A stretch of 64,000 bases of DNA from Eledone cirrhosa (lineage: Eukaryota), in assembly GCA_964016885.1 (NCBI GenBank), contig OZ024748.1:58528001-58592000 (forward strand), written 5' to 3'. A program made the position numbers and the translations under genes. Numbering within the stretch: the stretch's first letter is position 1; each line of letters starts with the position of its first letter. A model generated the notes under the pieces. The model made no database searches. It was not told where the DNA came from and was given only the letters and a program-made list of their open reading frames with translations. This document shows, piece by piece, positions 39,601 through 54,510 of the stretch.

Positions 39601-41397
39601 AACCCATCGCGTACCGTTGTAGTTGTGGTATACAGATATTAACTTATCAATCCCATTATTTATAACACATTTGATAGTTTTAGTAGGTTTGTATATCTTG
39701 GTTTATCCTGTTAATACAACGGTCCAAACTTGTCACATTGTGTCAGGCGGAATTTCTCCCCGAATTACACGTGTATATGGAATGTGCAGTCATTTGCACG
39801 TTAATTGGACGTAGATGCTGTTCCGTTGATCAAACACCTCGATCACACATCGTCGATACAGACTGGGATCCATTCCATTCTGTTCTTACCGTCGATTTCC
39901 TGTGCATAATACTACTTCTGTTAAGAAATGTGTACGTTTGATTCAAAGGAATCTGTAAAACAGCTGCTCTCTTTTTAATAGACACAAGGAACATGGTTAG
40001 AGTAGATAAGAAAATAGAATTTTATAACATTAGCTACTTTAAATGTTCTCTCACCGGAACTCAAGTAAACACACGTTAGGGATGATAGTGATTTAAACCT
40101 TATAATAAAATATAGAAAAAAAAAACCATTAGTCCCATAATGTTATCTCTTCAGTTTCCCATTTGTTAATATGAGGAGAAAGAAATATCAAGACTCCAAT
40201 GGTACACTTATTGCTTCAGATTGTTGTGGAAACACATCAAAATATTGATCTCAGCCGTAATCAATATAGTTGTCCTGGAGAAATAAATACTGAATTAAGT
40301 CATATCAGAATTACCTCCTATATTGAACCTAAGATATATTTAACTAATAAAAAAAAAAAGAAATTCTCTTTTAACTGTTTTACTGAAATATATCCTCATT
40401 AAATTGAGAAAAAATATTTTATAAAAATATCTAATGCAAAACAATATAATTTGTTTCTTGAAAAACAAATGACAGCTTAATTCGACTTAATTTAATTTTT
40501 CTATTTTTGTTTCAATAATTAAAACTCATAAACACATTGATTGGAACACGTTTAATATTTTCTAAAGTAATTTAAAATAGCAAAGAAAACACGCAAAATG
40601 AGCCATTATAAGAGATTTATAATTGTGTAAAACCCATTCATTTATTATTGGATGCATTTCTAAAGTCTTCAGTGATGTTCTGACCATATTGATATTAATG
40701 TAAGATCTGCAACATGAAAGGTACCCGTGCAAAGTCCCGTGTCAGCCTGTGATCTACTGTTCAAGATGACGGTGATGATGATGGATCAGCCATCGAATTC
40801 TACGATGATCAGTGATGATCTGTCACTTCTTCCATCAAAGTAAATTTTGAGAAATAATATATTATTGTTTGCGTATAATACAGACAGAGCTACTCTTCCC
40901 TTCACATGAGCTACAGTCCTTATCACCATAATACAATATGTACGAAGAAGGATTTCGTCTCCGCAATGTCACTTTCTTCAAAGATTCGTATAGAACAGCC
41001 TCCTTACTGGACAAAACAAAGCATATGACAGACACGCATACATAAACTCACACATGAATATACATGTGTGCGTGTGTGTGTGCGAGTGTGTACGTACATA
41101 TATATATATATTTTTTTTTTTTTTATTATATATATATATTGAGTTAAGAACTCAGGGTAGTCTCTTACAATTAAATAGCTCTAACAAAAAAACTTTTCCG
41201 AGCCGTACAATATAATTGAATAAACAAGAGAGATGAACACTAATATAAACATACATGTGTTCGAATCGTAAGGACCAAAATTTGCTCGGGTCAAAAAATA
41301 CTAACTACAGCAATATAATTTTTAAATAGTTTTTAAATAGTTTTTAAATATTAAATTAAGAAAAATTAAGAAAAATAACAGACCAAAAATGACTGGT

Positions 41398-41479
41398 AAC
41401 AACTAGACAGTGTTGGAGACTGTTTCGCAACGACTTATTAAGTGAAGTTCTCACGTTTCTCTGCTCCTCAGATGTTGTT
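41398..41479 (-). ncRNA. Type I hammerhead with a full stem III
   Basis: aacaac-at-CTGAGGA-gcag...ttgc-GAAA-cagt-ctccaac-actg-TC-ta-gttgtt. GUC triplet; the two core-proximal stem I positions are mismatched. Confidence 0.65.
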
Positions 41480-42974
41480 GAGAAATTAGTGATCCTTTCA
41501 CTTCTAAAAATATTAGAGAATGAATTGTGTACGATATGAATTATCGCACGATTCGATGTATGTTTATATTAGTGTTCATCTCTCTTTTTTATTCAATTAT
41601 ATTTTATTATACATATTTCATATGTATCTGATGAAAATGTACTCAAACACCATTGTACCTTTGAAATATATATATATATATACATATACATCAGGATGGA
41701 TTCAGATTGAAACTGTTTAGACCATTACTCAACAGAGTACTTGATACTCGGGTAGTAGAGTATGGTTATATTTTAAAGAGTTGGGACCCGGCGGCTGAGC
41801 ACTCGCCATTTCAACCGCTAATTTCAGACACTTTATGATATATATATGTGTGTGTGTGCCTCCATTTCTGTGTGTGTGTGGTGTGCGCCTGTCAAATTGC
41901 ACCCTCAACTTTGTGGACAGACCGATGTTATCGTAAAAGACAGAAACTTTCCCAAGATTTCCCTCAATGGGATCGATCTGGAACCAATTGTTTATAAAAT
42001 GGTAAAACGAACCTATACATCATACAATCATTCTGTTGTCTTTAGTGGTGCATGATAACTAACCTAGAACCAGAGGAGCTCCGACATTACTTCTTACATT
42101 TAATAACTACATCACATGTCTATAATTTATATTTTGAAGGACAGATACGAAATAACTTCAGAGAATCGGCTAAATAATAGTTATTTATATCGACTAAGAG
42201 AATATGTTATCAATTGGTATGTATTATTTTCCTACAGGCACTGAATACACTTTGTGCTGATAAGTACTTGGTTTATGAGAAGAATTTTATAGTATGTTAT
42301 ACTGATTTCTTGTTCGAATTTACAAACTCGTGTAATTATAGCCAGCTACATTTTGAACTAGACATTGTTTAATATAATAGGCAAATCTCACTCTGTAACG
42401 AGGCTATAATATTTGAGCATTGTTTATGTATACATTATCCCAGCATTAATTTCTATTGGTTTCATAAATTTGTTTTTAGGATAGCTGAAAAGTGCTTTTC
42501 TGTATTGATCGCTAGCTTATAACTGTGGTCTAGGTAAAACAAAAGGACAAATATTTGTCGAAGTAGTTTGGAAATGTAATGCTGCTGTCTAGAATAACCC
42601 TATGGAAGCCATTTGTGAGATCGGCTCATATATCGGTGATTTCTCGTGGTATATGTTGCTACAATACTGGCCTTTCAAAAAGTCAGTAAAACCATGGGCG
42701 TAATGTATTCTTGTATTTAATTATTTTATAATTTAGTATAGTAAATGCCATGTAAAATTTCCTCTTTAAACGTTCGTGATGTGGGAGAAGGAATGCACAG
42801 GAAGAATATTAGCTGTCAAAGTATTTACATTCATTCAAAATAGGGTTTATGCTGGAAGTAAATATTAATTTAATATTAGGTAACATATTACTCCCTATTA
42901 ATAATTTTAAAAAATAATTATTTCAAAAATAATTATTAATAATTAAAAATAATTATTTCAAAAATAATTAAAAA

Positions 42975-43405
42975 TGGAAAAGGAAGGGAATGGCAAGGGA
43001 TCTAGTGTCACTGAAAATTGGAAAGGGAAAGAGGTGAGTGGTGGGTGCTAGCCTTAGGGCGCGGTAAAGGAGAGATATGGAGACTCGCGGAAAGTACCAC
43101 AAAAGCATTCGCGCGGAGAATGGACAGCAAAACCCGCTGCAACAGCCACAGCACAACGTAGGGCTCCTTCATCAAACTGGTTGCTCCCCTTCAGATCTTG
43201 GGGAGAAGCTCGGCAGTCTGGTCTCCAGGTACATCTCGACGGCAACGGGTGCGAAGAGGAAGATTTGTTTGTCTTCTTTCCCTCTGCATAACGGTCCGCC
43301 GTGCCGGGGCTTCTGTTTGGAGCGACTAAATTGGAGGATGGAGAACGTACCACAATATGTGGAGTCCCAGACGAGGGATCTACCTTCTTTGAATAGGAAA
43401 GGGTA
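42975..43405 (-). mobile_element. Second CRE-clade 3' fragment
   Basis: PFLFKEGRSLVWDST..TFS, AEGKK, FAPVAVE and WLLQRVLLSILRANA in shifting frames; homologous to 39250-39560. Confidence 0.7.
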
Positions 43406-43431
43406 TATACATATATATACTAACAATGTTC

Positions 43432-43479
<48 letters not shown>

Positions 43480-43486
<7 letters not shown>

Positions 43487-43680
43487 ATATTTGGGGAGGG
43501 TCATATTTGCGTAATATTGCCAGAATTAATAACAGAACACACTCACTGTTTGGTTGGTTTTCGCTTCTCGCTGTCTTTTATATCTGCGATCTAACTTACT
43601 CGGTCCTCAATGTTGCCATTGACTGACCGGCGGTCAAAAATAATACAGATACAATATAGACACAAACACATATATACATC
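43480..43680 (-). mobile_element. Solo 3' terminus of the 26069-28841 PLE family
   Basis: Near-identical to ~26114-26310 (ttggggagggtcatatttg...gactgacc..cggtcaaaaa) and abuts (TA)n. Confidence 0.85.
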
Positions 43681-44189
43681 AGACAAAATATATGATATGA
43701 TGTATGACATACCGCTACGGTCTTGATTATTCAATTCCAGTATTGGCGGTGACTTATTTCATTAAATCTCAACGTTTTTATACCACAAATAATATGATGA
43801 ACTTAAAGAAGAAAAGGACATAGAGCAAATTAGAGATATAAGAGGGGGTTCAAAGAAAAGGAAAAAAGCAAAATACAAAAAAATACATACATAAATAAAT
43901 AAATAAATAAAAGATAAATGCATGAATGAATAAAAAAAGAAAAGAAAAGAGGAACAAAGACAAAAGAGAGGAAAGGGGTGGAGAGATTAAAAGGAAACGA
44001 AGGGGGTAAAGGAAAACAAATAAAAAGAAAGAAACTCCAAATAAAGAGGAACATAAAAGTGCTTCTAATCTATTGTAAAATTGTATTCGTTGAGTAATCA
44101 ATGAACCATACTAATCTTTGGTTATATATATATATATATATAGTCACGAAAACATAAGTCAATTGCATGAACACATAATCCTTTATTTA

Positions 44190-44243
44190 CTGCTATATAT
44201 ATTTCGATGATAGCCATTGAATGGTTATGACCTCAGCAGGCAG
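44190..44243 (-). ncRNA. Degenerate hammerhead related to 20902-20956
   Basis: ctgc-CTGCTGA-ggtcataaccat-tca-atggctatcatc-GAAA-tatata-TA-gcag-taAATAAA, within a ~190-bp island between (TA)n runs. Confidence 0.6.
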
Positions 44244-44307
44244 ATAGTCAGTTCGTAGATATGCCAGCTCTGTGTTTATAGTGTTGATGGTATCAGAGCC
44301 TTGGGAC

Positions 44308-44366
<59 letters not shown>

Positions 44367-44402
44367 GTATTAGGATTGGTGCTCTGAAATAGCGATGTAT
44401 AC

Positions 44403-44590
44403 ATGAATGTATAGTATAGTATATTTGGCAATATACCGTATGTTTAATTAAAAACATTTAGGAGACCACACGCTAAGAGTTTTAAAGTTACTTCTTTTCG
44501 GCGAAAGAACGAAGTCTGGTCTTCGTATGGTCATCTAAATGTTTTTAATTAAACATACGGTATATTGCCAAATATACTATACATACATTC

Positions 44591-44592
<2 letters not shown>
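44403..44592. repeat. Palindrome with ~65-bp arms between (TA)n tracts
   Basis: 44403-44468 versus 44528-44592 reverse complement. Confidence 0.9.
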
Positions 44593-44626
<34 letters not shown>

Positions 44627-45456
44627 TAATAATATATACAGGGAGAGCAACGAGCGAGATCTATACAGATCGTACCCTGAGCTGATGAATAGCGAAACGC
44701 TCATCTCCAATCAATAAATATAATGAAGGTTTAACTAATCGTCCTTCTAATATATATATATATATATGAGTGAGTGTGTGTATGTAGAGAGAGAGAGGGA
44801 GAGGTGCATACATATACATATATGGATGTGCATGTGTGCATAATTTTATAAAAATAGGAATGGCTTCGCACGAGTCAATTGAGAGGCTATTCTTCACATG
44901 TTTGTCGATGCTATGTTGAAAATTAATCATATATTATGAGTATATCTTTACTTAAGTCTTTATAGTCTGACTGTATACATTTGGGAAATACTATCTATTT
45001 ACAATTTATATAACGTTACCATTCATCGTTTGGATCTGATACTTAGAAAATATGATAATACCGTCTACATCTCTATTGATTAATACTTATTACATGTTTA
45101 TAGTTATCATTACATCGATTACGTTAACGTATAGATATAATATATGATTTCCTCCATATCTTAATAACTTTTATATCGACTTTTTAATATGGCTTCGAAG
45201 ATTCATAATTTAATTTAATATATTATTTAAAATATATTAAATGCTTCATATAAATATATTTGTGTGAGGATTTGTGTTTGTTGCGTGAGTCAGTGCGCAC
45301 ACATAAATGTGTATATATATGCATATACATGTATATATATATAGGGATATGCATATAATATATAATATATATATCATATATATATATACGTATGTATGTA
45401 TATATGTATGTATATAAATATGTATATATATATATTTATGTGTATATATGTATATG

Positions 45457-45559
<103 letters not shown>

Positions 45560-45647
45560 GTATGTATATATATATGTATATGTATGTATATATATATATA
45601 TATATATATACATACATATACATATATATATACATACATATATATAT

Positions 45648-45780
<133 letters not shown>

Positions 45781-45788
45781 TTTATCTA

Positions 45789-45867
<79 letters not shown>

Positions 45868-47367
45868 GTATATATATATATATGTATATATGTATATGTA
45901 TAAATGGAGTGCCATCATTGGATAAATAGAAGATTAGTTTACTAACATAAAAGAGCTATATAACATATATGCTGAGTACAATGAATTATGTACAAGTGAT
46001 ATATGAATTGTACATACATGTATGACTTGATGGTCGGATTGGTGACATTGTAAGTGAAAATTGCTATCTGGTCTATCCTAGAGATATTTAACTTTGCCAT
46101 GCAATCAGACATGCACTGACCCAGAGCTTACCAGGGGTTGTATATATACGTAGTTCTAATAAAACCCTGCCAGGTTCTGTGGGTAGACTACATTTACAAA
46201 GATCATTGATTTGGAGATCTGACACTTCATGTGGAATATTCAGTTGTGGCACTCTATGATAGAAGGTAATCATCCTAATATGGACACCTTTGGTACTTCT
46301 TGATAGAGTAGACTGTAATTTAAAGATAGGATACTTAAATTCAGAAACTGTTTATAACCATATATGTTGGGGACTCAATTGGGACACCGTTTAATATATA
46401 TTGGAATAATAAATTTAGTTATAGGAATCAGCTAGTTACCTCCCCTCACGCATTAACTCCCCTTAATCACACACACACTTCCGGAAATAAAACGATGTAA
46501 ATTCTCGCAACAAAAACAACCTGCTCTATAAAATTGGATTAAAGAACAACAAGCTGTAATTAACTAACCTAATACATCAAGCATCCAATATTGAATCATC
46601 GTTGATTATGTGAAGGACATATAATCTATATATTACGTTTCCTGGATTGTGAAAATGGTGGTGTATACGAAAACCATAACATTATTTTGCTTCTCATTTT
46701 TAATATTTCTCTGCACACAAGCTTCTTTATCATACATAAAAAATACTTTACCAATACAACCCCCATAATACTCTTGATTGCCCGCTTAAAGTGCTTGTAT
46801 TGCATATAAAACCTTGCCGCACTATAATATTATATAAATAAGACATATGTTCATGCCCCACGTGCATACACTAACTACTTCAAACTATCCTCTTGCATTA
46901 TCTTCGTAAACTGCCGATGTTGTATTTTAACTTTAATTTTATTTTATTTTAATATCATTTTAATTTTTGAATGTAAATTGCCATGCTAAAATATTATAAT
47001 GGATGTCACCCCACTGTGCATCGATATATACATATATTTCTGTATGTCTCGTGTGTTGGAAAGGAGGTCATGTATGTAAACAATCATTGAAAAATTGCTC
47101 CGAAGACTTCAAACCTCGGTTTGGACGAAACATTTGTAAGCTAATAAATGGTTTGAACAGAACTTTGATTCATGTAATTTCTATATAACTGCTCTGTAGA
47201 ACAACTGATTTTATTACATTGAGCTATTTATCTTACTGGTAATAAGGTAGTAATAAATTACTGTCTTTCACTGTTTAGGGTTTAAAATATATATAACTAT
47301 AAAAAGTTTTGGTATATACATAACCATAAATAGTATCCTTAATACTATATATATATATATATATATA

Positions 47368-47556
47368 TTCATTGATATACCGATATGGCTAATTTGAAAG
47401 TTAAACAGGGTTATATAACAGGCTTTTATATAACCCTGTTTAACTTTCAAACTAGCCATATCAGTATATCAATGAAGATATATATATTATATATATATAT
47501 ATATTCATTGATATACTGATATGGCTAGTTTGAAAGTTAAACAGGGTTATATAAAA
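47368..47556. repeat. Palindrome with 51-bp arms and 7-nt spacer, plus a third direct copy
   Basis: 47368-47418 / 47426-47476 are inverted. A third copy at ~47505-47556 follows a short (TA)n. Confidence 0.92.
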
Positions 47557-48253
47557 ACTTCCTAAGTGTCTCATTGAGAAGTTTCCGAAGTTTAAATTCC
47601 CCGTTGTCATGTATATAAACGGCAAATGCTTTCAGTTGATACAACCATAAATTATCCAAGGAGAAGAGAGAGAGAAAAAAATAATCAGAAATACAATGAA
47701 TGTTTTTACGTCGCCCACTCTCTTAGCTGAAGTAAATTAATTTGAGATTCTCTCAGGCTTTCTGGCGTTCTGGCAAAAAGCCCTCATATTGTATCTATCC
47801 ATTCGCGTTCGCTCTAATGAAATCCAAAATCAAAATAGAGTTAGAATATTTGTACTGAAGCCAAATATACACCAGAAATTATTTAAGGAGTTTATTTGGC
47901 GTATGTTCAATGTATCTTAAACGTCCGATCAGAATACTATGGAAAGTAATGGAAACTTCTTCTAGTTAGATTATGATGAATTTTCTTTTCTTACAACACA
48001 TGTTATTGTACTTTTAGAGAACATCTTATGATGTAATAAATTAGTGTCAATTCACATAAACTGAATACATACACTATCTTCTTATAGTTGCCTGCGAACG
48101 TCTTGAAACAAACATGGAATATCTTTTTCAGTTACCGGTGTCGTTTTTACGCTTATGACCAGCAGTTTGCCTAATGCCCGCCTTTACATTGGTTAAATAT
48201 TAATTATACTTGATAGCTTTTTAGCTTGCCAATAATCGAGAAATAGAAGTAAA

Positions 48254-48432
48254 TAATTGTTTCTACTTTAGGCACAAAGCCAGCAATTACCCAGTGCATT
48301 ACTGCTACTTTATTTTATCGACCCTGTAAGGATGAAAGGCAAAGTCAACCTCGGCGGGATTTGAACTCAGAACGTAAAGGGACGTAACTATACTGGAAAG
48401 CATGGCGTCCGACCCTCTACCGATACTGCCAA
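48254..48432 (-). mobile_element. SINE, near full length
   Basis: Matches the main family consensus. Other partial copies at ~13885-13950, 17070-17210, 30201-30255 and 50525-50626. Confidence 0.88.
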
Positions 48433-50274
48433 ATAATGTTCTGTATATTCATTCATCTTACACCATACAATTCCTTCTGAATTCGTACAAAATTGTCTTT
48501 ATATTTATCATCGACATCAAACAATTAATTTCTATAATCGCCGCATATGATGCCTGATTTAAATTAAAAAGCCGTATTGTTATAGATTATTTTGATAAAC
48601 CGGTTTCTGCTCATTTTATTAAATGATGAATGCTTTAACACATAATAATTCCCTGGAGCTTAGGTAGAGTGAGAATAGTTTACCTTTGTAATGATTATTT
48701 GTATAACTGCTTGTTAAGAATTCTAAAATATATAGAAAGTTTTATTAGTTACTGTAATTGATATACGTTGCAATTTGAATACTGTAATTTTGAAATGTCA
48801 CCTTACACATTGACGGCTTTATTATTGAACAAAGATAATATTCACGTTTTTAATAAATAACATACATTGGCAATTCTTCAAATATAATATGACCAATCAA
48901 TCAACATGGTTGTCTTACATATACCAATGTTATATATTCAGACAGCATATATGCAGACACTTGCATATTTTGTATGAATTAAACACTTTAATACATAGTT
49001 ACTGCCAACAATATTTTATTACACAGGCAACTGTCCAAAGAAGCTGTTAATATTCAAGATTTAAATTTAAAATATAAATGTAACTAATTTTATCTGTTAA
49101 CTGTTTTTGCGTTATTTAATAACTTCAGCGCTGCCCGTCATATTATAGGAAATTTGTAGAGTATAAGTTTGCAACTCTAGCATCATGTGATGGTTACGTT
49201 TAAAATATTTAGGTTTCTTTCTTAAATATTTAATTATATTTTTGATTTCCAATGCCGCATGTACAGTACTGCGCTACATAATTAGAATTCATTGGCTGCA
49301 CATACTCCCTAAGATATCTAATTTTTTTATAATCAAACTGCCAACCTCTAAAAACCCAAACGCGGAGTACCATGAAAAAAGGGACCCTATCGTGTGGAAA
49401 AATGAGGGAAAATGGGGAGATTGTACCTTATGAAAGCTATACATATTTACACAAGAGAAGCCATCTCTTAACCACCCCAAAGTTGGTTGGGGATTTCCCC
49501 GTCGGTCAACGAGAGTGGGCAGGTCTTCAAACCACTCGAAACGCTACCTGTTTCTAAGATACAAAATCTTCTCAAAGCATCATATTTATCGAAAGAGCGT
49601 TCCATTCTAATTTTATGTGAGGACGTTTCTTACGTAATGTTCCAAAGTCCAATGATTGCTTTTGAAATAATTCGAAAACCATAGGAGGGTTAGAAATCAA
49701 TATCGTACCAATTTGCAGTAATTCAGTGTTTCACTAATAATTGCATATTCAAATACAAGAGATAGAATTTAATTTGCTTTCTTGTTATAATTCTGTTTTC
49801 AATTATTCAAATTTGCAATTAGTTTATTTCTAATTTACGAACTTTAGCACATCATCTAACTACATGCATTGTGTTATTATGTTTGGCGATAATCAATGTA
49901 TTACGTTTTATATATTTCAATCTTCTTATAAAAATACTGGCAATATTTTCATTTATATTCATCTACTTCACCATACTTCGATGATGGTAAACAGGCATGA
50001 ACAAACATAAAGACATAAGTTTTATGAATGAGATATTTCACGTTTCCAACTTATCTGTTTGGTATTGGTCTGATGTTTTGTAATAGGTACACATTCACAC
50101 ACACATACACATGCGCGCACGCACACACACATACACACACACGCGCACACGCACACACACACACACGGGGACACACGCGCACGCACACACACACGCGATC
50201 ACGCGCACACACACACACACACATACACATACACATATATACATATATATATCACATATATATATATACATATA

Positions 50275-50376
<102 letters not shown>

Positions 50377-50432
50377 TATATATATGTCACACCACTATTT
50401 TTTTAAATATATATATATATATATAATATATA

Positions 50433-50510
50433 TAGAAATAAACACAGTAAATTCCGTGTCTAAAATTACCCTCGTCATTTTATACACGGAATTTACTGTG
50501 TTTATTTCTA
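50433..50510. repeat. Hairpin with ~34-bp arms within a TA tract
   Basis: tagaaataaacacagtaaattccgtgt.taaaat / atttta.acacggaatttactgtgtttatttcta. Confidence 0.9.
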
Positions 50511-50692
50511 CATATATTATTATATAATTGTTTCTACTTTAGGCACAAGGCCAGCAATTAACCAGTGCATTACTGGTACTTTATTTTATCGACCCCGTAT
50601 GGATGAAAGGCAAAGTCAACCTCGTCAGTATTTATACTTTGAGCTTGTTAATTGCAGGGTATCAATATGAGTTAATAACTCTGTATTTTATT

Positions 50693-50723
<31 letters not shown>

Positions 50724-50724
50724 T

Positions 50725-51684
<960 letters not shown>

Positions 51685-51967
51685 CATGAATCATGTCCTT
51701 AGAATTATTAGATAAAATATATACCATTTCCTCTCCCAATTAGCATAATTAACCATATAAAAAATCAATTAGACCAGGCTATATGAATAAAAGCTCCTAT
51801 GAAGAAATTTTCGACAAATAACCGAAAGCGGCCTCTTCGCGGTGGCCCCAATAGAGTATTTATCCAACATTTCAACATCATGTAGAAACTGACTAAATAT
51901 ACCGTCAACCCTACACAATTAGGTGTAAATTCAAACTTAGAAGAAATGTGTACATACGGTAATTATA

Positions 51968-52044
51968 TCTCTACCATGGTTTCGTCCATATTTTTAGACA
52001 TCCTATTATCAGGATATATCCAGAGTAACAGACTCATCAGGAGA
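51968..52044 (-). ncRNA. Type I hammerhead (mirror copy)
   Basis: Reverse complement of 52463-52539 with intact core. Confidence 0.8.
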
Positions 52045-52462
52045 AAATTCAAGATTGGACAGTTAATATTCCAAAGTGATCGCGCCAAAAATAGATTAAA
52101 AAATGGCTAAGAATCGTGACGTAGCAGTGGTCAAGTTAGAAAGAATTTGATTAGTTGCTTACGGCGGGTAGGCTTGTTGCTAGAAAGCGCAGCCCAATAT
52201 CGCCCAATCGTATCTCAACCTAACGGGAGATTATTGAATATAAAGATTTACATATACATAAAGTCATAGATATATATATGGCAACCGGTCACGTTGTGGC
52301 TTAAAATGAAGAATTAATAAATTAAAGCAACACGCCTACCCGCCGTAAGCAACTAATCAAATTCTTTCTAACTTGACCACTGCCACGTCACGATTCTTAG
52401 CCATCTTTGGATCTATTTTAGGCGCGATCACTTTGGAATATTAACTGTCCAATCTTGAATTT

Positions 52463-52539
52463 TCTCCTGATGAGTCTGTTACTCTGGATATATCCTGATA
52501 ATAGGATGTCTAAAAATACGGACGAAACCATGGTAGAGA
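52463..52539 (+). ncRNA. Type I hammerhead ribozyme with long stem II
   Basis: tctc-CTGATGA-gtctgt...(atcct/aggat)...acggac-GAAA-ccatgg-TA-gaga. Palindromic stem III, GUA triplet. Confidence 0.85.
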
Positions 52540-52921
52540 TATAATTACGGTATGTACACATTTCTTCTAAGTTTGAATTTACACCTAATTGTGTATGGTT
52601 GACGATATATTTAGTCAGTTTCTACATGATGTTGAAATGTTGGATAAATACTCTATTGGGGTCACCGCGAAGAGGCCGCTTTCGGTTATTTGTCGAAAAT
52701 TTCTTCAAAGGAGCCTTTATTCATATAGCCTGGTCTAATTGATTTTTTATATAGTTAATTATGCTAATTGGGAGAGGAAATGGTATATATTTTATCTAAT
52801 AATTCTAAGGACATGATTTATGATATATTGCTCTGATTATTTAATTTATTAATTCTTCATTGAGCTACAACGTGACCGGTTGCCACATATATATCTATGA
52901 CTTTATGTATATGTAAATCTT

Positions 52922-52955
<34 letters not shown>

Positions 52956-53074
52956 CAGAGAGAAAGAGACAGATACTGAGATAATTAAATATTTACGCAC
53001 ATTAAAATTTACTCTCTCTTGAACTAGAGTAACCGAAAACGATATCTCGTATACATATATGTATATATATAAAC

Positions 53075-53269
53075 CAAGATGTGCCGAAAGATCTATAGGC
53101 TATGAAGCAGTGATGCTAGACCTGTAAATTCTTGCATGCCTTAATTTCAACTCTTCTAATTAATATCTACACTGTCTCTTTTCAGAGACTATGGTGAAAA
53201 ATACACCTCATTTAGTCATTTCATGAGAGTATCTTGGTCAGCCTATGACTATTTCAGTCGTCCCTCGTA
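53075..53269. mobile_element. Mariner-type MITE copy
   Basis: Ends in ggtcagcctatgac...ccctcgTA, typical of TACGAGGG mariner-like inverted repeats. Confidence 0.65.
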
Positions 53270-53879
53270 TTATTAAACCACAATAATAATGAAACATCTA
53301 TATATAAATGTAGTCCCCATTTACTGAGCAAAATAAAAGAATACCGGACGTTATATTGGTACGAATGTCTCATCCATTGATCTATGTAGCAATGTTTGCG
53401 GTTTTAACTTAGATTAACGAACTACTCCCTGTAGAGTTAAAATAATGAAAAGAAAATTACTTGTCTCATGCTATTTCGTACATAAAATACAAATATGCAA
53501 TTTCATTTTTAAGAGAGAAAAAAATCTATATTATCTACTCATCAGAGCAGCACGCAATCTTTTCAAACATACGTAAATAAATATTGAAAAACGAACGAAA
53601 TCGACATTTCAACTTATAAAAATAATAAAACATAATATATAGTCTATTATTAGAAGCATCAGTAGTTCGATAGTAAATAGTTGTCGCGACAAAATTAATA
53701 AAATTTATCATTATGTCACGATATAAAATTCGCATGGAAGAAGAGTTGGCACAAAAATGATGTAAAATTAGGTATAAGTGTTTTGCCAAATGTTGCGTCC
53801 TATTTGAAATACAGAAATATTGATACTATATGGAAACGTGTATTTTTAGGATTTTCGGTGCTTTTATTATGATCTGTAG

Positions 53880-54510
53880 AGCAACGAACACCCTGCTTCG
53901 GAGCATAGACCTACAACCCTCTACATTCTGAGTTCAAATCCCGCTGAAGTTTCATCCTTAGAGGGTAAATGAAATAAAATACCAGTCACGCACTTAGGTT
54001 GAATTGATCAACTTCACCCTCCCGCAAAGTGTTGGACTTATGCCTAAATCAGAAACAATCATTATTTTTATTTGTGGGCCAGGGCAGCGGATTGGCAGTA
54101 TCGGTAGAGTCGGACAACATACTTTGTGGCATAGAGTTACAGGCCTTCAGGTTGTGTAATCAAATCCCGCCGAGTTTAACTTTGCCTTTTTCTCCTTACG
54201 CAGTCAATAAAATAAATCATCAGTAATGCACTGGGGTCGATTTAATTGACTTTCCCCCTTCCTTTCAAACTGCTGGTCTTGTGCCAAATGAAGAAACAAT
54301 TATTTTTATTGGTGGGGCGTCGCACAAAATTCTTTGCCGCATATAGTTACCTCCCTTTACATTCTGAGTTCAAATCCCACCCAGGTTAATTTGCCTCTCA
54401 TCCCTGGGGGCTCGATAGAAAAAAGTACCAGTAATACATTGATGTCGATTTAATAGACTTTGCCCTTCCGCAAAATTGTTGGTCGTGTGCCTAAATCAGA
54501 AACGATATTT
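53880..54510 (+). mobile_element. Three head-to-tail older SINE copies
   Basis: Repeated ttcaaatccc...taaaata...accagt...gtcga.tt...tgcctaaatcagaaac units at ~53880, 54080 and 54315. Confidence 0.75.

Noticed and set aside
44676-44708. ctgatga-atagc-gaaacgc-tc hammerhead-like string
   Set aside because: I could not form stems I and II together with a valid NUH site; at best a decayed remnant.
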